Source: Octopus sinensis
Taxonomy: Eukaryota
NCBI RefSeq assembly: GCF_006345805.1
Contig: NW_021833302.1
Coordinates: 13,242-77,241 of the forward strand
DNA length: 64,000 bases
Direction of reading: 5' to 3'
The notes beneath the pieces are model-generated. The model saw only the letters and a list, made by a program, of their open reading frames with translations. It had not been told where the DNA came from and searched no databases. Shown here piece by piece: positions 40,655 to 54,149 of this stretch (position 1 is the first letter of the stretch; each line of letters starts with the position of its first letter). The position numbers and the translations under genes were made by a program.

Positions 40655-40937
40655 ATATTATATATTATATATATATATATATATTATGATGATGTATATG
40701 TTTATATATATATATATATAATATATATATATATCTATAATATATATAATATATATTATATATATATATATATATATACATAATAAATACAATAAGAGGC
40801 TTCCAAATAGGAAAGTGTTGTGCTAGAAAGAGCAGTAGAAATCTCAAAAACCACAAAAAAGGATAAATTCTCGAAAGGAATGAAAATTAAAAACGTCTAC
40901 CATCTCAATTATTTTAAATATATATATATATATATAG

Positions 40938-40999
<62 letters not shown>

Positions 41000-41423
41000 G
41001 CGTATAATATGGAATATGGATATGGAGTAAATGTAAGATAAGCAAGGCGGGCAAGTCGACATACAAAAATTATTAAATACATTTAACACAAAAAATATGT
41101 ACATATGTTTACATACAAGAAGGTTCGACTTATACATAATAGAAATGATATCAAGAATGAAATTTTAAAAATTACTTTGGAACAACAAGTCCCCAGAAAC
41201 AGCTGTTGGACTCGTAAAGTTCCTTTTCAACCCCTTTAAATCCTGATATCATTTGTATTCTGTAGATTTTTGTATTAAATGTATTTAATATTTTTTTCTG
41301 TATTGACTTGCCTAACTTGCTTAACTTACGTTACTCATCTACCTGTTAAGTGTAAAACTCTTGTGCACTACAAAGTGCATTCTATACAGAGAATATCTGT
41401 CTTTCATCTATCTTCTATCTATA

Positions 41424-41482
<59 letters not shown>

Positions 41483-41922
41483 ATATCTATCTATCTATCT
41501 ATCCATCTATATATATTATATATATATATATATTATATATATATATATATATATATCTGCCGAAAAGGATTGTTTCCACCCCTGCTGATAAGTTTGTTTT
41601 TGTCTCATTTTGTCTAAAAGTCGTAAGACAACCCGTTGTTATCCTGTTTTTAAACCATTACTGTTTTCAATTTTGTTTTCGTTTCTTGTATTTATATTCG
41701 TCTCTGTTGCTTTACATTCTTTCCTTCTACCAAGAATCTAATGCCCACAGCTTAGTTTTTTCCTTGGGGCTGGCCGAGTTGGAGCAAATATCAGAATTGA
41801 TCAGCCGAAATTTGCCATGATGATTCGGTTTCTGACTGAAGATTGAAGGCTTCGAATGACTTGTCTGTTTTCCGTTTTCGTCCCTTCGTGTATTTCACTT
41901 TCTTTATATATAAATGTTTATT

Positions 41923-41973
<51 letters not shown>

Positions 41974-42021
41974 TATATATACATACATATATATATATAC
42001 CTATCTATCTACTATCTATCT

Positions 42022-42054
<33 letters not shown>

Positions 42055-43012
42055 ATCTATCATCTATCTTCTATCTATCTATAGAAAGATAGATAGATAC
42101 ATGTGTGTATGTATGTATATATGTGTAGATGGATGGATCTATAAATGGATGTATGTGTCAGTGCGTGCATCTGTATGCTCACATACTTGTGTGTACCCAC
42201 GTTATGCCTATTTCTACTCGTGTTATTACATGAACACAGTGTAGCCTACGCGGCTATCAAGTTCACTAGTCACCCAAAGTTATCCCTAGAAAGTGGCGCT
42301 CACATCGCGGAAGGACATTGTGATTGACATTTTTACCTCTGCCGATCTTGTCTTATTCGATATAATTCGAAGGAGCAAAAGATCTCTAAGCATTCAAATG
42401 TTACCTAGCTGAATTCATCGAGCAATAACAATTTCTCTACACCTGGTTATATCGTGGTAAACAATAATTTCATACTTGAGTAGACTACGATGTGCTAAAT
42501 GATAGCTTAAAGCTTAACCCCAAGTGGAGCAATTAAGTTAAAGCAATAAGGGCCAAAGCTAAGTAATGGCAAGCGTGCGTAATTGAGAATATCTGAATCC
42601 GTATGCAATTGTCTTTGCATGTGTGTGTTTCCACACACACACGCGTGCACAAACATATATGCTCATTCATATAGATACATGTTTGGCCAAATGTCAGCCC
42701 ACAGTAAATCAAGCGTCCATAAATACTTGATACTCAATTTCATTTATTCATCCCAATTCTGAATATTTAATAATTAAATGATGTCGATTAAAATCACCGT
42801 TCGTTTTTCAACATTTATCTATTCATTATTGAAGTCTCATATAAAATAATTCTTTTTTTTTGTTTTATTCTTAGAATTAAATGGTTTTGATTTATTATGA
42901 CGCTATATATATATTATATATATATATATGTAGGTCCGGTTTGATCCGGGGTTAACCACAGTAAGTAAGGTACTCAATACATAGCAGAGTAAAATTAATT
43001 TATTATAGAAGG

Positions 43013-43062
43013 AGCTTCTACAGGACTAGTACTGTTTCATTCAAGAGAAATCTCAGGAAGCT
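43013..43062 (-). ncRNA. Mirror copy of the hammerhead, core missing one A (CTGAGA)
   Basis: Reverse complement of 45854-45904 except for a 1-nt deletion in the CTGAAGA core. Confidence 0.55.
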
Positions 43063-43223
43063 ATTTAACAAGAATTGTATTAGCATTTATACATTTAGGC
43101 AGGTTTAGGAGTGGTGGTGGTGGGGACTTTTTTGGGGGTAGGCATAGCGCAAAATATCATACTTGGGGGAGTGGTCAAGGAGTCAGTGGTAAGTTAGATG
43201 AAAGAATAGATAAATAAAAAAAT

Positions 43224-43258
<35 letters not shown>

Positions 43259-43408
43259 ATATAAAAGATAAAAAAAATAAAAAAATAAAAAAATAAAAAA
43301 AAATAAAAAAATAAAATGTGTGCACATACATACATAAACACATATACATACACCACACATACGTACACATGTGTGCCTATACATACCTACACATACACAC
43401 ATACATAC

Positions 43409-43446
<38 letters not shown>

Positions 43447-43770
43447 ACATCAAAATACAGGCCCATTCCCTGATTTTAATTTTATTATCTTCATTTATTA
43501 CTTTTTGTTATCTTTGATCGCTAGGGCTAAGGATCCTGGCGATGGCAGCATGTCCAATTGTCTGTCTACTAGAAGGCAAGTACTCGTTCCCGCACGCACA
43601 CTCATTAGCACGTACATACACCCATTCGCACACTCATACACATACACGTACGCACGCGTTATATTCATACGTACAAACATCTACATACGTTCACTATATA
43701 CACATACGTACTCGTACCTACAGATTCATGTCTACACTTTAGGAGGCTAGTCTATATATATACACAAATA

Positions 43771-43814
<44 letters not shown>

Positions 43815-43920
43815 TATACACATACACACACACACACACATATATATACTCCTACATACAGATACATACCCCATATATATATACATATACACACACATAC
43901 ATATATACATATATATATAT

Positions 43921-43958
<38 letters not shown>

Positions 43959-44189
43959 CATACATACACAACACACACATATATATATACACACACATAC
44001 ATACACATATATATACATACACAAACATATATACACACATAGATATATATACATATATACACACACATACATACACACACCTACATACATATACACACAA
44101 ACACATACATACGTAAACATACCATACATACATCCATACATCCATACTTACATGCATTTATACGCATACATACACCCCCATCTATATAT

Positions 44190-44260
<71 letters not shown>

Positions 44261-44764
44261 CACTCCCACCACGTATACAAATATACGCCCACACATACTA
44301 CATACGTATACGCATACCACGCACATACACATATACATGCGTACCCATACACGTGCACACCGCACATGCATCCATATATATACACACACACACACATATA
44401 TACACGTGTGTAAGCATACATACATACTCATACACGCACACATACTTACATATACATATATGCACACACTTACACACATATATATATACACACTGTTATG
44501 TGTATGTATGCATATATGTATGTATGCATGTATATGTGTATTTATATAGTTTGTAAGTGTGTGCATATATGTATATGTAAGTATGTGTGCGTGTATGAGT
44601 ATGTGTATGTATGCTTACACACGTGTATATGTGTGTGTGTTGTGTTATATATGGATGCATGTGCGTGTGTGCACGTGTATGGGTACGCATGTATATGTGT
44701 ATGTGCGTGTATGCGTATACGTGTATGTATGTATTGTGGGCGTATATTGTATATGTATGTGTGA

Positions 44765-44836
<72 letters not shown>

Positions 44837-45071
44837 GATATTATATTAGATGGGGTGTATGTATGCGTATAAATGCAATGTAATTATGGATGTATGGATA
44901 TGTATGTATGTTTACGTAGGTATGTGTTTATGTGTATATGTATGTTAGGTTTGTGTATATATGTGTGTATATATGTAATATATATATGTGTGTGTATATA
45001 TATTTGTGTAATGTGATATATATGTGTATGTATGTGTGGTATATGTATATATGTGTGTGGTGTATGTATGT

Positions 45072-45112
<41 letters not shown>

Positions 45113-45469
45113 ATGTATATATATATATATATGTATATTTATTGGTGTATATATATAGACTAGCCTCCTAAAGTGTAGACATGAATCTGTAGGTACGAGT
45201 ACGTATGTGTATATACGTGAACGTATGTAGATGTTTTGTACGTATGAATATAACGCGTGCGTACGTGTATGTGTATGAGTGTAGAATGGGTGTATGTACG
45301 TGCTAATGAGTGTGCGTGCGGGAACGAGTACTTGCCTTCTAGTACAGACAATTGGACATGCTGCCATCGCCAGGATCCTTAGCCCTAGCGATCAAAGATA
45401 ACAAAAGTAATAAATGAAGATAATAAAATTAAAAATCAGGGAATGGGCCTGTATTTGATTGTGTTATAT

Positions 45470-45519
<50 letters not shown>

Positions 45520-45853
45520 GTATGTGTGGTATGTGTAGGTATGTATAGGCACACATGTGTACGTATGTGTGTGTGTATGTATATGTGTTTATGTATGTAT
45601 GTGCACACATTTTATTTTATTTTTTTTTTTTATTTTTTAATTTTTTTTTTTTTTATATTTTATTTTTTATTTTTTATTTTTTATTTTTTATTTTATTTTT
45701 TTATTTATCTATTCTTTCATCTAACTTACCTCTGACTCCTTGACCACTCCCCCAAGTATGATATTTTGCGCTATGCCTACCCCCAAAAAGTCCCCCACCA
45801 CCACTCCTTTAAACCTGCCTAAATGTAAAATGCTAATACAATTCTTGTTAAAT

Positions 45854-45904
45854 AGCTTCCTGAAGATTTCTCTTGAATGAAACAGTACTAGTCCTGTAGA
45901 AGCT
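45854..45904 (+). ncRNA. Type I hammerhead ribozyme
   Basis: AGCTTC-CTGAAGA-TTTC-TCTT-GAAT-GAA-ACAG-TACTAGTC-CTGT-A-GAAGCT: 6 bp stem I, 4 bp stem III, GUA triplet; stem II is weak (T.T closing pair + 3 bp). Confidence 0.7.
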
Positions 45905-45914
45905 CCTTCTATAT

Positions 45915-45945
<31 letters not shown>

Positions 45946-45954
45946 AACATATCT

Positions 45955-46459
<505 letters not shown>

Positions 46460-46593
46460 GTGTATATGTAGAGAGAGAGAGAGAGAGATACACACACATA
46501 TAATATATATATAATATATATAATATATATATATATTAATATATATACATATACACATGTCCATATATATGTGTATATATGTACATGTGTGTG

Positions 46594-46649
<56 letters not shown>

Positions 46650-46801
46650 CAGCAAAAATTAGATTCAAATGAAAACCTCTATTAATGGCTGATGATTGCC
46701 CAACATTTTAAAGCTGTTGTAATACTAACAACATTTAATAAAATGATGTAGCGTGAAACGATCGTACCAAATTACCGAAGTTATTCTGGTTGCTTCTTTT
46801 G

Positions 46802-46834
<33 letters not shown>

Positions 46835-46919
46835 ATTGATTGATTCTAGTTTCAGCTTATGAGCTGTGGCCATGCTGGGGCACCGCCATTTGGTGTTGCT
46901 ACTTGGTTTCACTTCATGG

Positions 46920-49912
46920 AGGCTTTCTAGCAACTGCTATTTGGTGCATGAGAGAGTTCGATGCAGCTGCCCTCATCTGCCCCTCCTGCCTTGAAGTTGG
47001 TTCATCTGGGACACCTGACAGGAAGAGATCCAGCTTCATTTTAAGACATCGTATATCCACCACCCATGCTGGTCTCTCAGGTTCTTCGGGAGGATATTGA
47101 AGAGCTGTGGGCCTCGGAAGCCCAGGCTATCACAGAATCTTGTCCTACATCTTGATGGCAGGTTTGGAGTCCTAGGCACCACGCAGTGGCGCCCAGTTCT
47201 GGCATTTGCGTAACTCTCGATGCCAAAGTTCAGGACACTTCCCTCCAGGATCTTCCAGATGTATATTATGGCATATCTTCCCGCCTACGCTCCAGGGAAT
47301 ATAATTTTAAATCTCTTGAGTCTTCCAGTAGCTTACATTCTGCATAGAGGCTATCTTCTTTGTGTAGCTTCGTTGGATCGCCTCAAGTTCTGTGATCAAC
47401 TTGACACTGGATGGTGACCATAGCTGAGAGCAATAGTCAAAGTGGCTTAGGACAATTGTCTTCCAGAGGACCATCATGGTTTCTTGTTCTCTTGTTCTAA
47501 AGGTTCTAAGAATCCATCCAGCCAGCCGTTTACATTTCATTGTCAGTTTAGCAACATGTACATGAAAGGTCGCGTCATCACTCATGTGAATACCCCAGGT
47601 CACGCACTGATTGTGCCTCTGGGATTGCAATCCCTCCGGTCCAGTGTATTCATTGGGTATTGCATTCAGTTTTGCATGCTGATAGTATAAAGCTGAAACT
47701 TTCCAGCATTGAACTGCATGCTATTCTTTTCAGCCCACTTGTATATTTCGTCCAGCTCACATTGCAGGTGTTTAGTGTCCTCAGGGTTCTGTATTGCCTG
47801 TGAAGCTTTTGTATCATCTGCATAACTTGTGATCGTGGCTCTCTGCGTGGCTGAGGGCATGTCTGAGAGGGCCATTATGAACAGTAGTGGTCCCAGAACA
47901 GTGCCCTGCGGAACACCGCTCACTATTTGTGTGTTAATGGAGGTGGCCCCATTGGCTACTACCACCCACCTGACTTCTATCCTTCAGAAAGTCATGAAGC
48001 CATTCTCCCCAGTTTTCCAACTATGTTGAGATCACGCAGTTTGTGACATATCATTCCATGATCGACTTTATCAAAGGCCTTTGCAAAGTCGAGATATATC
48101 ACTTCCACATTTGAGTGGTTGAGCAGCCGTTTCAGCACCCAGTCATAGTGTTGTAGGAGCTGAGTTAAACAGCTTCTCCCTGGTCGGAAACATGTTGGGT
48201 GTCGGGCAGCAAGTCATTCTCTTCAAGGAAGGTGATCAGCTTCCTTCTGACTATTCGTTCCATGACCTTGCTGATGTGTGAGGTCAGAGAGATAGGTCTA
48301 TAGTTCTTGGCTTCCGCTCTGCTACCGCCTTTATGAATGGGGCATATTTACCTTCCTTCAGTTTTCCTGGAAGTTTGCCAGCTGCAAGGAAGCTCTGAAA
48401 GAGGAACTGCAGTGGTCTTGCTGCTAGGACTCTCTTACATGCTTTTAGGAGGATTGCCGGGAATCCATCGGGGCCAGTAGCTGAGTCTGTTTTCATTTCA
48501 TCTATAGCCTTGGTTACATCTCTTCCTTTATATCGATGTAATCTATCGTCGCCGCCTCTGATTTTATATCTGCAGTGGTAAAAAAAGTCAGTTGGATTGG
48601 TGATTTGGAGATGCCCAAGGGGTGGAGTGAAAACACTCTAGAATTGCTCATTCAGTATTTCACTTACCCTCATTGGTTTTCCTGTAAGTGTGCCATCCTT
48701 TTCGAGGAGTGGCCCTATTCTACAGTGCACTGTAGCTGTTTCTTTGGCTACCTGTAGAAAGCTCTGGGGTTAGATTTTATGTTTTCTATAGCCCAGGCTT
48801 CTTTGTCTGCTCTTTCTTTTTCATGGGAGAGTTGCAGACATTTTTCGATTCCAACAGTTTTATTTTTAGGCGGGACTTTTCACTGCTTTCAATCTGTTTG
48901 TTTAGGCGATTTGAAAATTTCGTACGCCGTCTCATTAAAGTTTTCCTCTCTCTGCGGATTTTGTTCTTGTGTACAGTGGCCTTTCTCTCTGGGACACATT
49001 TGTAGCATATGGCTTGCATTACAGACATGAATTGTTGAAGTTTCACGTCGATGTCTGGCGAGGAGAGACATTTAGGCCAGTTTTGTTTGAGGATCTCTTT
49101 CTCAATTTGTTTCCAGTTTGCCTTATGGTAGTTCAAGCTGGAAAGATTTTGAGGGTTTCTTGTAGGCTGCATGTCCGTGCTCTCTTTTGGCCCGTACATG
49201 GTCAGCTCTATCATGTTGTAATCCGAGAGTAGTGTCGGTGTCACTTTCACATTATGGATGAGATCCATGTCATTTGTGAAGCAGAGATCCAGTGTGTTAC
49301 CTGCCCTGGTTGGTTGGAGTATTACCTGCTCCATGTACAGGGTGTTGATGAGGTTCAGGAGGGACCTCGCCTGTCCTCGTTCACATCTTGTTATTCCTGG
49401 GAGAGAGAGGCCCTCGGGCCATCTGACATTGGGCAGATTGAAGTCTCCCATAAGAAGCACACCTATGTGTTGTTCTAATGTGGTTAGAATTTCTTCTATT
49501 TTTATAAGGCAGTCTTCAAACTTGCCCACATGGCTTGGGGCATCTGGAGGGCGATATGTAGCACACACAACTACATCAAGTTGCCTAATATGTACAATTA
49601 GTGTGTCACACACCGAGTTTGAGTATGACAAGAGGACCTGGGGTGTGAGGTCCTCACGGATGTACATAGCAACACCTCCATGACTCCTTTCTTTCCTGTC
49701 GGTCCGTAGTACAAGCATACTGGTATGTGTAACTCCGCATCTGCTATGTCCGGTTTCAGGTGCGTTTCTGTAAGTGCTATGCATAAGGCTTGATTGCATG
49801 CAACAAAGTCTCTCAGGAACGGGATCTTTGTCCTGTTACTGAGTGTTTGCAGTCCTCTGATGTTCAGTAGGAGTATCGAGGTGAGGTGTACGTTGTTGCC
49901 GGCGGTGTCCAT
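46920..49912 (-). pseudogene. CR1-type ORF2 (APE endonuclease + reverse transcriptase), frameshifted
   Basis: LLNIRGL, LTETHL, HGGVAMY, YRPP, GDFNLP, NTLDL (APE); ATGPDG, SGVPQGTVLGPLLF, YADDTK, DYCSQLWSP (RT), spread over several frames. Confidence 0.92.
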
Positions 49913-50775
49913 CCTGTGTCTGTTTGCTGTGGTGGTCTGGTATATAGTGGGTAGTCCCACCTGCGGGCTTGGGCTTGATGAAGCCAGGTCAGCTGCTGTA
50001 CAATCTTTTGTGCCATGCACAAAAAAGTTTGTTGCTCAGCAGCTGCTCTTTCGACAACATCATGTTGGCTGTTTGTGGCGCGCACAACATCTGCGTACCT
50101 CCGCTTTGGGGCAGGTGGTGCGTAGTCCATCCCTTTTCTTTGTGTTGATGGTTTGTCCATCTGCCTCGTGTCTCTGTGGCAGGGTCCCCGATGTGCAAAG
50201 CGGCAGCCTGCACCTTCCTTTCCGTGCCAGCAGGAACCTCTCAGGTAGAACATACACACCCTGTGCGCTGTTTGGTTCCATCCTTTGCGGTTCCACTTCT
50301 ACTCCTGTTTGTTTCTCTCTCTTGGTCCTGCTTGAGCTTTTTCTTTTCCTTTAGCTCTTCCAGTCCTTCTTTTAGTTCTTCTTCCTCCCTCTACCTCTTC
50401 ACTGGGTTCTCCGTCTCCATGGCCCTTGCTGCCGGTTGGAGAACTTGCACCTGGGTTCACTTCCCGGGCAGGTTTCTCATTCAAAACCTCCTCCTGGGCG
50501 TCCACCAGGTGGGGGTGACTTCTTTCATCGTCTCCATTCTTGCCATCTTTGCCCCGCTCGTTCTCAAAGATGGCATCAAGTGCGCCAATGTGCGACCGTA
50601 CAAGCTCATATGAGCGCACGAATTCCTGTCTCTTTCGCTCCATCTGAGCCGCTGTCCTCTTGTAGCCCCTGCTCTTCAGCGCAGCCGCAATCACCTCGCT
50701 AGGGCTATCTCCGCCGGCGCACTCCCATGCTCGTACGAATAAATCCAGCTCGTCACGTCTCCATGCTCTGGACAT
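49864..50775 (-). pseudogene. LINE ORF1: Myb/SANT trihelix-like N-terminus + charged linker + CCCH zinc finger, at least one frameshift near 50300-50330
   Basis: WRRDELDLFVRAW...IAAALKSRGYKRTAAQMERKRQEFVRSY and CMFYLRGSCWHGKEGAGCRFAH in adjacent frames; ends overlapping the ORF2 start. Confidence 0.75.
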
Positions 50776-50829
50776 GCTGGATAATCCGTCTATCCATTTA
50801 TCTATCTAATTATGTTCGAGAGAAGACAG

Positions 50830-51870
50830 GAAGATATTAAGGCTAATTAGAAGATAGAGTACTTGAAAAAGAAATATTAACAATATTAAAGTTTGTGTAA
50901 AAACGTTATTTGGGTAAAAACGTTATTTAATCTTAAGGCTAATTTGGAGATAGAGTATCTGAAAATATATTAGCAATATTAATATTATATTAGAGTGTGG
51001 GTAATATTAAACGTTATTTAATTTAATCTTAAGGCTATTTAGAAAACAGAGTATCTGAAAAATTATATATACATATTAAGCAATATTAACCGTTATTTAA
51101 TTTAATCTTAAGGCTAATTAGACGTTATTAATATTAAACGTTATTTAATTTAATCTTAAGGCTAATTAGAAGATAGAGTATCTGAAAATATATTAGCAAT
51201 ATAATATTATATTAGAGTGTGGATAAAAACGTTATTTAATCTTAAGGCTAATCAGGAGATAGTATCTGAAAATATATTAGCAATGTTAATATTATATTAG
51301 AGTGTGGGTAATATTAAACGTTATTTAATTTAATCTTAGGCTAATTAGAAGATAGAGTATCTGAAGAATTATTAACAATATTAAAACAATATTAAACGTT
51401 ATTTAATTAATCTTAAGCTAATTAACAATAATTATTAACAATATTAAACAATATAAACGTTATTTAATTTAATCTTAAGGCTAATTAACAGTAATTATTA
51501 ACAATATTAAACAATATTAAACGTTATTTAATTTAATCCTAAGGCTAATTAACAATAATTATTAACAATATTAAACGTTATTTAATTTAATCCTAAGGCT
51601 AATTAGACGTTATTAATATTAAACGTTATTTATTTAATCTTAAGGCTAATTAGAAGATAGAGTATCTGAAAAATTATTAACAATATTAAAACAATATTAA
51701 ACGTTATTTAATTTAATCTTAAGGCTAATTAACAATATTATTAACAATATTAAACAATATTAAACGTTATTTAATTTAATCCTAAGGCTAATTTGACGGT
51801 ATCAATATTAAAACGTATTTAATTTAATCTTAAGGCTAATTAGAAGATAGAGTATCTGAAAATTATTATA
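50830..51870. repeat. AT-rich modular tandem array upstream of LINE ORF1
   Basis: About 15 copies of AATATTAAACGTTATTTAATTTAATCTTAAGGCTAATT interleaved with AGAAGATAGAGTATCTGAAAA and AACAATATT modules. Confidence 0.9.
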
Positions 51871-52017
51871 TCGAGAACAGTTATTGAAAATGTAAACAAA
51901 CCAAATGACGATCGCAACTTTAACTAAGATGTGGGCCTAAGTGAAAGATAAAATAGAATAATAAATAAAATATGAAATAGATGAAATTGATACTTAATCC
52001 AACAATGTGGTCTGGAT

Positions 52018-52049
<32 letters not shown>

Positions 52050-52806
52050 CTTATTTAGAAACTGATGCGTGGCGTTCAATCAAATAATAATATAAATAAT
52101 ATATATATTGGTACAGGACGTCACGAAAAATAACCAACATGAAATACGAAAACAAATGGATTCAATACGACGGAAAGGAGAGAAACAAATGGAAAACTGG
52201 ACAAATATCATGAAAACGAACCTTCATCAGTTGTCGGCTGTCTAGCTATTCCTCATTTCGAGCATTGAACAATTATATGAGTCTTCAAAGACAGTTGCTC
52301 CCTAAAGTCCAAAAATGTAGGATTTATGGAGGGTCAAAGTTGGGAGGAAAAACAGGACAGTGAAAACATAAAGGAAACCGAACGAAATCAAACATGGAGG
52401 TTCGTTAGACCAGAAGGAGGATAAAATAGCGAACGCTGGAGAAATATTTTCTTTAACAAGAGAGAAGATATAAGAGAGATATAGGATTCGTTCAGTACTT
52501 AGGACAGTCCAGCTGGCCAATGACACAGTTTACGACTGATTAGTATTGCGAAAGAGGTCATCGCTCCCATCTCTAGCCTTATGTGATACACACAGACCGG
52601 AGTTTCTGGGTGGTTGCCGTCTCCCGTGTCTGTTAAGATGCGATAGAATAAATGTGTAAGGGCGTTTTGTATATTTACGGAGGTAGTACTCCTTCAGCAC
52701 AGCATCGAGCCCATTAACTATCCATGAACACATAGCTTATATTTCAAATTTGCAGTTTTTTAAAGTTTTAAAACGTGATACAGTGTCCCTACCGAAAATT
52801 CATATA

Positions 52807-52909
52807 TTCACGCTACATCATTTTTATTAAAATGTTTTAGTATTACAACAACTTTAAAATGTCAGCCATTAATAGAGGTTTTTCATTTGAATCTAATTTT
52901 TGCTGATCT

Positions 52910-52956
<47 letters not shown>

Positions 52957-52985
52957 GTACATATATACACATATATATATGGACA

Positions 52986-53016
<31 letters not shown>

Positions 53017-53100
53017 GTATCTCTCACTCTCTCTCTACATATACACATATATATATATATATATAGGCGTAAGAGTGGCTGTGTGGTAAGTAGCTTGCTT
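52807..53100. repeat. Inverted duplicate of 46311-46760
   Basis: Reverse complement of a unique 130 bp block, microsatellites and SINE A head; roughly 90% identical by eye with a 12 nt deletion. Confidence 0.85.
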
Positions 53101-53502
53101 ATGAGTGTGAGTCAGTGGATTTAGTGCATAGTGATCCATTTTCCCACGCAGCTACGAACGTGACGTATATTACCGTAAATTTTCAGGCAATTTTACATAT
53201 TTGCAAAAGATGAGCGAAGATATTACGCCCATGTATGAACTTGTGAAATCATTTCTGAAGGCTTGTCCTGTCATCAAAGTTCTTGTCTCCAGAAATTGCA
53301 CTGTCATTGTCATACAAGAAATAAACTAAGTACTGTTTCCTAAAGGTCAATTATCTTGAGTGGCGAACGACAATGACATACATACAAACATACATGAATA
53401 TGTGAATGTGTGTGTGCGTTTGTCTACATATGTACATATATATATATATATATACACAAACGTGCACATACGCATATATCATATATGTATGTATGTATGT
53501 AT

Positions 53503-53570
<68 letters not shown>

Positions 53571-53651
53571 GCATACATATTTATTCATATACACATACAT
53601 ATATACAGACATACATACGTACATACATATATACATACATACATACATACA

Positions 53652-53687
<36 letters not shown>

Positions 53688-53729
53688 TATATATACATAT
53701 ATATATCTATATATATATATATATATATA

Positions 53730-53785
<56 letters not shown>

Positions 53786-54149
53786 GTATGCATATATATA
53801 TACTTCTAATAAAGGATGGACATTTTTCAAAACAATTCTATCAGTGGCCACCATATTAAAATACCTTTGAAGGTAAAAATCTAAACAATTATAAATAAGA
53901 CCCGATTTCTGGGTTAATCCACAAGGGTTCTTCCTTCTTCAACGAGAAACACGATTAGAAATGAATGGAGCACTCACATATAGCCACGAAAAGGCAGATG
54001 CAAAATCATGAGTACAACTAAGAACCCCAAACATATCCAAACAGAAATTCAGTAGCATGATTCATCACACGTGTAGACGGTCTGGGAAACTCACGTAAAG
54101 TGGTTACCAGTCCCGAAGTAAATGGTAATAAAGTTTTTCAATAAATTCT

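Larger units (their letters stand above)
43004..45913. repeat. About 2.9 kb palindrome: arms 43004-44474 and 44552-45913, spacer about 77 nt
   Basis: Unique blocks and microsatellites of the left arm recur as reverse complement in the right arm in mirrored order. Confidence 0.92.
46832..52017 (-). mobile_element. Apparently full-length CR1-clade LINE flanked by (TA)n
   Basis: ORF1, APE+RT ORF2, short 3' UTR with (AATC)n tail, (TA)n at both ends; the 5' boundary is inferred. Confidence 0.85.

Noticed and set aside
49258-50702. Plus-strand ORFs of 141-186 aa overlapping the LINE
   Set aside because: Antisense shadows of the GC-richer ORF1/ORF2; no independent motif
50830-51870. Possible CRISPR-like repeat-spacer array
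   Set aside because: Intervening segments are themselves recurrent modules, not unique spacers; eukaryotic context and no cas genes
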